From NCBI RefSeq assembly GCF_000014265.1, contig NC_008312.1, positions 3,750,001-3,782,000 of the forward strand: 32,000 nt of DNA. Direction: 5' to 3'. Shown here one piece after another: positions 21,486-29,140 of this stretch. The position numbers and the translations under genes are program-made. Source of the DNA: Trichodesmium erythraeum IMS101. GTDB lineage: Bacteria > Cyanobacteriota > Cyanobacteriia > Cyanobacteriales > Microcoleaceae. Position 1 is the stretch's first letter. Every line of letters starts with the position of its first letter. The notes beneath the pieces are model-generated. The model ran no database searches. It had not been told where the DNA came from and saw nothing but the letters and a program-made list of their open reading frames with translations.

Positions 21486-22319
21486 ATGACAGAAGCAGTA
21501 ACAATTGCTCAAAAATATTATGATAGTACAGAAACCGACAAATTGTATGCTGCCATCTGGGGTGGGGAACATATTCATTATGGAATATACACTAGACCAG
21601 ATGAACCTATCCACGATGCTTCCCTGAGTACAGTAAAAACTATCGCCCAAACTCTGAAAAAAATAGACCAAAATTCCCGAGTCATTGACCTCGGAGCAGG
21701 ATATGGAGGGGCAGCTAGGTATTTAGCTAAAACCTACGGCTGTTCTGTATGTTGTCTCAACTTAAGCCAATTGCAAAATCAACGCAATGGCCAACTCAAC
21801 CAAGAACAAAACTTAGATCCTTTGGTGGAAATAACTCAAGGAAGCTTTGAGGATATTCCCTACCCAAATAACTCTTTTGATATTGTTTGGTCTCAAGATG
21901 CTATTTTGCATAGTGGCGATCGCTGTCTAGTTTTTCAAGAAATCAAGAGAATTTTAAAACCAGGGGGCGAATTTATTTTTACTGACCCCATGGAGAGTGA
22001 AACTTTTCCCCCAGGAGCATTGCAAACTGCTTTTGACCGTTTGGGGATAAGTGACATGGGATCTTACCGCTTTTACAGTCAAACATTAAAAGATTTAGGT
22101 TTTGAGGAATTAAATTTTATTGACCTTTCGCAAAATGTAGCGATCCATTATCGGCGTTTTAGGGAAGAAGTACAGAAAAGGTACAATGAAGTAGTAAAAC
22201 TGACATCAACGGAATTTGTAGATAAAACTTTAGATAGCATTCAACCTTGGATCGAACGTTACGAACAGGGATATATGCAATGGGCGATTTTACACTTCCG
22301 TTTGCTGGAGAAAAATTAA
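21486..22319 (+). CDS. SAM-dependent N-methyltransferase, sarcosine/dimethylglycine N-methyltransferase (SDMT/DMT)-like
   Basis: 277 aa. The N-terminal YYDSTETDKLYAAIWGGEHIHYGIY block, SAM motif I VIDLGAGYGGAARYLA, the WSQDAILHSGDR block and the post-I/II motif ILKPGGEFIFTDPM closely resemble betaine-forming methyltransferases of halophilic cyanobacteria, as I recall them. The substrate cannot be read from the sequence. Confidence 0.8.
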   Translation: MTEAVTIAQKYYDSTETDKLYAAIWGGEHIHYGIYTRPDEPIHDASLSTVKTIAQTLKKIDQNSRVIDLGAGYGGAARYLAKTYGCSVCCLNLSQLQNQRNGQLNQEQNLDPLVEITQGSFEDIPYPNNSFDIVWSQDAILHSGDRCLVFQEIKRILKPGGEFIFTDPMESETFPPGALQTAFDRLGISDMGSYRFYSQTLKDLGFEELNFIDLSQNVAIHYRRFREEVQKRYNEVVKLTSTEFVDKTLDSIQPWIERYEQGYMQWAILHFRLLEKN

Positions 22320-22421
22320 GGACAAAAAAATAAACTTCAGTACTTCAAACTTTTGGCTGAAGCTCAAGTTTATATTAACGAAGTTCCTCCGAAGGAGGCT
22401 AACTGATAACTGATAACCAAA

Positions 22422-22862
22422 ATGACTATTTACTTTTTTGATGAAACAGAACAGCCTTATGGTTGTTTCTCCAACTTTTCCCCCCACGGTTTTGAACTAG
22501 ATGGACTTTGGTGGCCAACTTCAGAGCATTATTTCCAAGCCCAAAAATTTTTGGGGGTTCAGCATCTTGAAGAAATTAGATGGGCTAAAACTCCTGCAGG
22601 TGCTGCTAAAATGGGACGAGAGCGTAGTCGTCCCCTCCGCAAAGACTGGGAGGAAATAAAAGAGGATGTGATGGAGCGAGGTTTACTTTGTAAATTTCAA
22701 AGCCATAAAGATATTGGCGAAATTCTTCTGAGTACCAAGGATGAGTTAATAGTAGAAAACGCTCCTGAAGATTATTATTGGGGATGTGGTAAAGATGGGA
22801 GTGGTAAAAATCGTTTGGGAGAGATTTTAATGAAAGTGCGCAATAGGTTACAGAATAATTAA
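22422..22862 (+). CDS. NADAR-domain protein (YbiA/DUF1768 family N-glycosidase-like)
   Basis: 146 aa. The blocks YGCFSNFSPHGFELDGLWWPTSEHYFQAQKF, AAKMGRERSRPLRKDWEEIKEDVM and DYYWGCGKDGSGKNRLGEILMKVR align block for block with E. coli YbiA as I remember it. Confidence 0.85.
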   Translation: MTIYFFDETEQPYGCFSNFSPHGFELDGLWWPTSEHYFQAQKFLGVQHLEEIRWAKTPAGAAKMGRERSRPLRKDWEEIKEDVMERGLLCKFQSHKDIGEILLSTKDELIVENAPEDYYWGCGKDGSGKNRLGEILMKVRNRLQNN

Positions 22863-23151
22863 TAATTATAGGAACCCATGAGGATGGTAAGGTACAGTTG
22901 AAAATTAATCTTTATCTTTGTAAGAAAAGTATCCCACTTGTTGCCGGCTCGAAAGCTGTGTTGCCAAAATTACTAAATGAATTTTTGTACCTTACGCCCC
23001 TCCGAAATTGCTGTAATAATTCAGGTTAAAAGCCTCCCTTTTTAAGGGGAAAAAATATTTTTTTTTCCTTTTTAGTAAATCTTTTCCCTAAAAGTGAGAG
23101 GTAATTATTAATCGTTAATTACTGAAGGAATTTGTAGAATAAGCAAAAACA

Positions 23152-24237
23152 ATGACTCATTTAATGAATGCGGTTATTCTTACTGGATTTGGTGGACCAG
23201 AAAAACTGGTCTATACTCAAGTTCCTAAACCAACTCCAAAACCAGGAGAAGTCTTGATTAAAGTGGGAGCTTGTTCGGTAAATAATACAGATATTAATAC
23301 TCGCACTGGCTGGTATGCTGCAGAGGATAATTTTCAAGCTATCCTCCAAGATAACACAGAAAATGACCCCAATCATTCTGCTTGCTGGACACAACATGGT
23401 ACCCAGTTTCCTCGAATACAAGGTGCTGATATCGTTGGGAAAGTAATAGAAATTGGGGAAAATGTAGATTCTAAATTTATCCAACAAAGGGTTATAGTTG
23501 ATAGTTGGATTCGTAGTGAAAGTCCTAATAATTATCAATATATTGGCAGTGAATTAGATGGAGGTTTTGCTGAATATACAGTAGTTCCTATTACTAATGT
23601 TTATCCAATTAATTCTTCACTTTCTGATATTGAATTAGCTACATTTCCCTGTTCTTATTCGACAGCAGAAAATATGCTTACTAAAGGAAAAATTACAGCG
23701 GAAGATACTGTGGTAATTATAGGGGCTTCTGGTGGTGTTGGTAGTGCTTTAATTCAATTAAGTAAAATTAGGGGAGCAAAAGTTATTGCTATTGTTGGAG
23801 CTAATAAAGAAGCTTTTGCTAAAGATTTAGATGCAGATTATGTTTATCGACGAGATAATTTATTAGAGTCTAATTTAGCTCAACATAAAATTACTGTTGC
23901 TTTAGATGTCGTCGGAGGAGATTATTTTAATTTGATGATTAAATCTCTTGAGCCAAGAGGAAGATACGTTTCCTGTGGAGCGATTCGAAATCCAATGGTT
24001 TCTCTAGATTTACGAGATTTGATTTACAAAGATTTAGAGATGATTGGAGCAACACGCCTAGAATCAGATGTGTTTCAAAGGTTAGTTAGATACCTAGAAG
24101 CAGATTTATTAAAACCTCTGGTTGCTCAAGTTTTTCAGTTATCTAAAATAAAAGAGGCTCAACAATTTTTTCAAAGTAAAGGTTTCTTTGGAAAAGTTGT
24201 ACTTAATATTGAAGAACAAAATATTACAAAAAATTGA
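23152..24237 (+). CDS. MDR-superfamily NAD(P)H-dependent oxidoreductase (quinone-oxidoreductase/Zn-ADH-like)
   Basis: 361 aa. The GroES-like N-terminus reads GGPEKLVYTQVPKPTPKPGEVLIKVGACSVNNTDINTRTGWY, and the Rossmann motif reads VVIIGASGGVGSALIQLSK. It has a ~35-aa insert before FPRIQGADIVGKV. Confidence 0.8.
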   Translation: MTHLMNAVILTGFGGPEKLVYTQVPKPTPKPGEVLIKVGACSVNNTDINTRTGWYAAEDNFQAILQDNTENDPNHSACWTQHGTQFPRIQGADIVGKVIEIGENVDSKFIQQRVIVDSWIRSESPNNYQYIGSELDGGFAEYTVVPITNVYPINSSLSDIELATFPCSYSTAENMLTKGKITAEDTVVIIGASGGVGSALIQLSKIRGAKVIAIVGANKEAFAKDLDADYVYRRDNLLESNLAQHKITVALDVVGGDYFNLMIKSLEPRGRYVSCGAIRNPMVSLDLRDLIYKDLEMIGATRLESDVFQRLVRYLEADLLKPLVAQVFQLSKIKEAQQFFQSKGFFGKVVLNIEEQNITKN

Positions 24238-24248
24238 GAATATTAAGA

Positions 24249-25649
24249 ATGAATATTGTCTTAAAACTTGTTGATTGTACTCGGTCAAAACATAATTTGA
24301 CCTTGCTTTACCAATACAACGAAATAACTTTTACAACTACTCTTTGGTATTCAACAGTTGACTTTCATCAGCTAGAATCAGAATATACTCAAGAATACAT
24401 GGAGAAAATTTATTTCCATATTTTGTTATTTCATGGATTAAAGATATTAAGTTTAAAACCGACTCACCTTGACTTAGGAAAATATAGTAAATATTGGACA
24501 AGTAATCTACAAAATATTTGGGATTTAAGCGTCGAAGAATGTTTAGGACAGTGGCGTTATGAAACAAATAATTTAGATTATCAAGGAACTAAAATTATTC
24601 ATCAGGATATTACTCTTATAAAAAATTCAGCAGTAACTATTATTCCTGGAAAAATCCCCTTACTTGTTGGCAATGGTGGTGGCAAAGATAGCCTGTTAAT
24701 GGCTATAATTTTAGACGATAATCATATTCCTTTTGATAGTTTTAGCATCAATTTACATACTCATGCTAATCAAAACAAGTTGTTTGAAATGCATGAACAG
24801 CATCTTTATCAACTTAAAAATCCACCGGAAAAAGTTCACCGTCAGTACATTATTGAGTCATTCCTAAATTCTCCAGCAGCTCAACTTCATCGCGTAGAAA
24901 ATTTAGAAATTTCTGATATTAGAAATTATGAAGATTTACCCTTAGCTTATGGAATGTTTGGAATTTTGCCTATTATTCTGCAAGAGAAATATACGCAATT
25001 ATGTTATGGCAATGAAAAAAGTGCTGATAGGGAACAGGTGACAGTAGGGAATCAAAATATTAATCATGCTTGGTGTAAAAGTACCGAGTGTAAAGAAGTT
25101 TATGAAAAGTATATTCAAGAAGAATTTATTAGTAATTTAGTAGTCTTTAGTTTACTAAAACCATGTTCTGATATATTAGTATATCGAATTTTGGCTCACA
25201 AAGTTAAAAAAGGCGATTTAAAATTAGTTTACTCTTGTAATACTAAGCCGCCTTGGTGTAAATCCTGTCCTAAATGTGCTTATGTTTATTTATCCTATAT
25301 GGCTTATCTAACTCCAGAACAGGCAAATGAAATTGAACAAGTTTTAAACAAAGAAAATCTTTTTGATAAACCTGAACTACAGCTTTATTATCGACAACTA
25401 ATGGGGCTAAAAGCTCATAATGCTTTTGAATGTGTGGGTGAAATTGAAGAGACAAAAGTTGCTTTAGAAAAATGTCTGGAAAAAGGATTTACTGGGAAAG
25501 CAATTAATTGCTACACTCAAGAAGCGCGTTTAGATAAAGATGAATATCACAAGCTTTGGAAAGAATATCAACAATTAGATTTATCTTATCAGCGTATGCC
25601 ACCAAAATTAATGGAAATTATGATAGATGAATGTCAAAATTTAAATTAA
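24249..25649 (+). CDS. Protein of unknown function with a QueC-like PP-loop motif and Cys4 cluster (putative ATP pyrophosphatase-type enzyme)
   Basis: The ORF track starts at TTG 24234, overlapping the stop of the upstream gene. The first ATG is at 24249 (MNIVLKLVD), giving 466 aa. The motif LLVGNGGGKDSLL (24675-24692 encodes GGGKDS) resembles the SGGxDS PP-loop. The sequence CNTKPPWCKSCPKC (25236-25277) forms a C-x6-C-x2-C-x2-C cluster about 185 aa downstream. I could not recognise a named family for the ~140-aa N-terminal or ~120-aa C-terminal regions. Confidence 0.6.
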   Translation: MNIVLKLVDCTRSKHNLTLLYQYNEITFTTTLWYSTVDFHQLESEYTQEYMEKIYFHILLFHGLKILSLKPTHLDLGKYSKYWTSNLQNIWDLSVEECLGQWRYETNNLDYQGTKIIHQDITLIKNSAVTIIPGKIPLLVGNGGGKDSLLMAIILDDNHIPFDSFSINLHTHANQNKLFEMHEQHLYQLKNPPEKVHRQYIIESFLNSPAAQLHRVENLEISDIRNYEDLPLAYGMFGILPIILQEKYTQLCYGNEKSADREQVTVGNQNINHAWCKSTECKEVYEKYIQEEFISNLVVFSLLKPCSDILVYRILAHKVKKGDLKLVYSCNTKPPWCKSCPKCAYVYLSYMAYLTPEQANEIEQVLNKENLFDKPELQLYYRQLMGLKAHNAFECVGEIEETKVALEKCLEKGFTGKAINCYTQEARLDKDEYHKLWKEYQQLDLSYQRMPPKLMEIMIDECQNLN

Positions 25650-25802
25650 TAGGATTTACAAAAACTAACCAAAAAAAACAGGTTTATTCCTCTGATATTG
25701 CTATTAAAACCAGGAGATTTACTTCATCAACCCAGTTTCTGCATAAGTTCTGATTAATTTGTATTTTTTGATTTTGAACAACTAAAAAAATAGGAGTTTT
25801 CC

Positions 25803-26918
25803 ATGAAGAGTACAGCAACTTTAAATAAGACTTTTCTTACAGTCAAAGGCAAACGTTTTCACTATGTTTGGTTGCGGGATAATTGCTTATCTCCAAAATC
25901 TCGTCATCCAACTTCTTTTCAGAAACTATATGAAATGAAGCATACTTTATGCCCTGAACCATTATCTGTAGAAGAGAAAGATGGGGAACTGACTATCATT
26001 TGGAACGAAGATCCTCCTCACAAAAGTACATTCTCAATATCTTGGTTGTTGAGTCACGCTTACGATGACGGAGAGCAGGATAATGAAAATGAAGACTCTG
26101 AATCTAATTCTCAGAACCAGGAATTTTTATGGGATAAAGCTTGGATAGAAGCAAATATATCAAAGTTGCAGGAAGCTCTTTCATCCAATCCCGAATTGTG
26201 GCTCGAGCAGCTTTTTACTTTCGGATTCACCGTACTCCATAATATACCAGCCAAGGATTTGCAGGCTACAATAGAATCCATTGGGCCAATTTACAACGGT
26301 GACTACGGATTGTTCGCACCATCAAAGACTACAAATGAAGGAAAGGATTTAGCAGAGACTGGTAATGCGATGAGCTTCCATACTGACTATACTTATTGGC
26401 ACACTCCACCTTTGCTCACCAGCTTGTATTGTGTAGAAAATAGTGCTTCTGGTGGGGAGTCGCTGATCGTAGACGGTTTTCGAGTTGTGGATGATTTTCG
26501 TCAGCAACATCCGGATTATTTTCAGATTTTGACTCAAACTCCCATCCAGTTCAAACAGGTGTACACAAAATGGCAATACTTTTATTCCAGAACTCAGCCT
26601 ATATTAGAATTAGATGAATATGGAAAAGTGACTAGAATCAATTTTGCCAACTCTCACAGCTACACTTGGAAATTACCATTCGATCAAATGGAGGAATTTT
26701 ATGCAGCTTACATAACCTTCTTTCAATATGTAAAAAATCCAGTTTATGAATACTGCTTTAGTCTAGAACCGGGAGACCTTCTGTTGATGAATGACTCCAG
26801 GATTATGCATGGACGGAAAGCTTTTACAGGTAATCGACATCTGGAAATAGCCTGTGTTTCTTGGGATTTTTTGCAGGCACGGCAGCGCTTTCATCAAAAT
26901 AAACATCTTTTTATGTAG
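25803..26918 (+). CDS. Fe(II)/2-oxoglutarate dioxygenase, gamma-butyrobetaine hydroxylase/TauD-family-like
   Basis: 371 aa. The N-terminal DUF971-like block is FHYVWLRDNC. The facial triad reads MSFHTDYTY (HxD) and RIMHGRKAF (distal His plus Arg). A good RBS (taggag) lies 8 nt upstream of the ATG. Confidence 0.82.
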   Translation: MKSTATLNKTFLTVKGKRFHYVWLRDNCLSPKSRHPTSFQKLYEMKHTLCPEPLSVEEKDGELTIIWNEDPPHKSTFSISWLLSHAYDDGEQDNENEDSESNSQNQEFLWDKAWIEANISKLQEALSSNPELWLEQLFTFGFTVLHNIPAKDLQATIESIGPIYNGDYGLFAPSKTTNEGKDLAETGNAMSFHTDYTYWHTPPLLTSLYCVENSASGGESLIVDGFRVVDDFRQQHPDYFQILTQTPIQFKQVYTKWQYFYSRTQPILELDEYGKVTRINFANSHSYTWKLPFDQMEEFYAAYITFFQYVKNPVYEYCFSLEPGDLLLMNDSRIMHGRKAFTGNRHLEIACVSWDFLQARQRFHQNKHLFM

Positions 26919-27195
26919 ACTTTCAAAGTTATATAGCAACCCTAATCTCTCCTCCTAGAATGGGTTAGGGTTCTATACCAAGTTTATGGCTAAGGACGCT
27001 ATGATTTAATAGTTATAGTCATTGCAAAAAGAGATGGAAAACTTTTTCTGCTGAAACGCGAGTTATAGCAAGAAATACTTGTCTTAATCTAAATTAAAAT
27101 AACTATAAGTACTAACAAAAAATTAGTCCTTCCCGATTCAAAACTGATGAGATTTGAACAGAAAATCTCTTGAAAAAATAAGGATTAAAATAAAT

Positions 27196-27939
27196 ATGAC
27201 TACAACTCTAGCTACTCCTGATACTAGTTTAGCAACCATTCAAGCTGCTTTACCTATTGATCCACAGCCCTATATTATAGCCGATCGCCCTACCGGACTC
27301 ATAGTCGTAGATGTACTTAATGGTTTTTGCACTGTTGGTTTTGGACCATTAGCCCCCCAAGAGCCAAACGAACAAATCGCTACAATGGTCTCGGAAAGCG
27401 ATCGCCTAGCTCGTACTTTTGTAGAAAAAGGTTGGCCTGTATTAGCCTTTTTAGATACCCATGAACCAGGAAAACCCGAGCCTCCTTATCCACCACATTG
27501 TGAAAAGGGTACGGGAGAAGAAGAACTCGTTCCCGAACTTCAATGGTTACACGATAACCCCCTGGCAACATTGGTTTTTAAGGATTGTATTAATGGATTT
27601 ATAGGTTCTATTGACATAGATACCCAAGGTAATGTATTGTTGGATTGGATAAATAAGAATAAGCTTGAGGCCCTTGTTGTAGTTGGAATTTGTACTGATA
27701 TCTGTGTCATGGACTTTGTTGTTACTATTCTGTCAGTACGCAATCATGGTTTAGCGCCTACCTTAAAAGATGTGGCTGTATACGATCAAGGTTGTGCTAC
27801 TTTTGATATGACAGCACAAATGGCAGCCGAGAAAGGCTTACCCAAAACTGCTATTCATCCACAGAAAATATCTCATCATGTAGGGTTATATACAATGGCC
27901 GAACGTGGTGCATTTATTGCTTCTACTATTAAGCTTTAG
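27196..27939 (+). CDS. pncA: Isochorismatase-family cysteine hydrolase, nicotinamidase/pyrazinamidase (PncA)-like
   Basis: The ORF track starts at TTG 27154, but the ATG at 27196 (MTTTLATPD) is preceded by aagga. The motifs are VVDVLNGFC (catalytic Asp), FLDTHEPG...PPYPPHC (the D-x-H...H metal site of nicotinamidases; compare M. tuberculosis PncA KDFHIDPG...WPPHC), FKD (Lys) and VVVGICTDICV (nucleophile Cys). Confidence 0.72.
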   Translation: MTTTLATPDTSLATIQAALPIDPQPYIIADRPTGLIVVDVLNGFCTVGFGPLAPQEPNEQIATMVSESDRLARTFVEKGWPVLAFLDTHEPGKPEPPYPPHCEKGTGEEELVPELQWLHDNPLATLVFKDCINGFIGSIDIDTQGNVLLDWINKNKLEALVVVGICTDICVMDFVVTILSVRNHGLAPTLKDVAVYDQGCATFDMTAQMAAEKGLPKTAIHPQKISHHVGLYTMAERGAFIASTIKL

Positions 27940-28205
27940 AAGCTGATTCACTTAACTAGCTATTAGCTTTTAGCAGTCCTAGTTGAAATCACTAGTTTCT
28001 ATAAACCGAAAGGTTTAAGAGAGTTTTAAATACCCTTCTAAATGTTTATCGCCGAGGGCTTATTGTTAGAAATGAAGGTAGAATTTGGCGTTTGAAATAA
28101 AATTTTAAAATTTTAGACCTAGATGTTGAATCCTACTTTTATTAAATGAAAATAATATAATTCTTTTTGAAGATACCAACATAAAAAATAGAGGCAAAAA
28201 ATTTG

Positions 28206-29021
28206 ATGAATACTCAATTAGCAATTGTCACCGGTGCAGGAGGCGCTGTTGGATCTTGCTACCTCAAACACTTTTTAAAACAAGAAAATACAAAATGTGT
28301 GGCTCTTTCCCGAAGCCATTTAGAAACAACCGATGTTATACAATTTAAAGTCGATCTGTTAGATGAAAAAAGAACTAGGGAAGCGATCAAACAATTAGAC
28401 CTTAGTGAGGTTAATGATTTAATATTGGTGCATGGTGTAGGTAAATTTAAATACGAAGACCTCAAGTCTCTACCACACCTAAACCAGGAGCGGCACAAAA
28501 TAGATGATGAAGTATTCTCATCGAACTATCATACTTTTGTTAACGTAGTCAACCCTTTAGTAGAAAAACTTAATGAAGAACATCAGCGAGGGAGAAAAAC
28601 AACCCTCGCTCTTTGTGGTTTTGGTTCCATTAGTGATAAATACAAAATCCCATTTTGGCATTCTTATACTTATGCTAAGGATACTTTACGCCAATATATC
28701 AAAGACTTAGCTAAGTCAGAAGAGTGGCAAGGATTAATTAGGGGACGTTTTATTAATGTTAGTACCACAGATACAGGTAATGAAAATAAGTTGCGTCCTA
28801 ATGTCACCCATGAAGAAAAACAATATTGGTTAAAACCAGAAAAAATTGTTTTTCAATCTATGGCAGTCATTGAAAGTTTACAACCTCTATGGCAAGAAAT
28901 AGATGTTTTTGAAATATTGCCAGGATTTAATCCAGAAGAATATTACAATGATTATCAGACCATCAAAGAAAAATGGCAGCGTCAGATGGCGCTAACTAAA
29001 GTTGATGAGTGCTTGATCTAA
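28206..29021 (+). CDS. Short-chain dehydrogenase/reductase (atypical SDR)
   Basis: The ATG at 28206 is the second codon of the tracked ORF. The motifs are AIVTGAGGAVGSCY (TGxxGxxG dinucleotide motif) and SYTYAKDTL (YxxxK). The rest of the sequence is divergent. Confidence 0.62.
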   Translation: MNTQLAIVTGAGGAVGSCYLKHFLKQENTKCVALSRSHLETTDVIQFKVDLLDEKRTREAIKQLDLSEVNDLILVHGVGKFKYEDLKSLPHLNQERHKIDDEVFSSNYHTFVNVVNPLVEKLNEEHQRGRKTTLALCGFGSISDKYKIPFWHSYTYAKDTLRQYIKDLAKSEEWQGLIRGRFINVSTTDTGNENKLRPNVTHEEKQYWLKPEKIVFQSMAVIESLQPLWQEIDVFEILPGFNPEEYYNDYQTIKEKWQRQMALTKVDECLI

Positions 29022-29103
29022 ACTTTGACTTATTCTGATATAGCGCATATTCTTAGTGAAGTTGGCTTGATTCTATTTCCTGGTTTTTCTAGATAGTGTC
29101 TTT

Positions 29104-29116
29104 GCGTAAGTCCTGT
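29104..29116 (-). repeat. GCGTAAGTCCTGT motif copy immediately upstream of the nadB fragment
   Basis: An exact reverse-orientation copy of the CAGGACTTACGC motif, 25 nt before the start of nadB homology. Confidence 0.7.
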
Positions 29117-29140
29117 TATTGAAAGTCAATGACTAATAAT

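Noticed and set aside
19425-22487. Small ORFs 19425..19649, 20210..20446, 21269..21451, 21471..21671 and 22290..22487
   Set aside because: They overlap the ends of nadB, nadA or the methyltransferase in antisense, or lie in repeat-containing spacers. They have no motifs and are treated as spurious.
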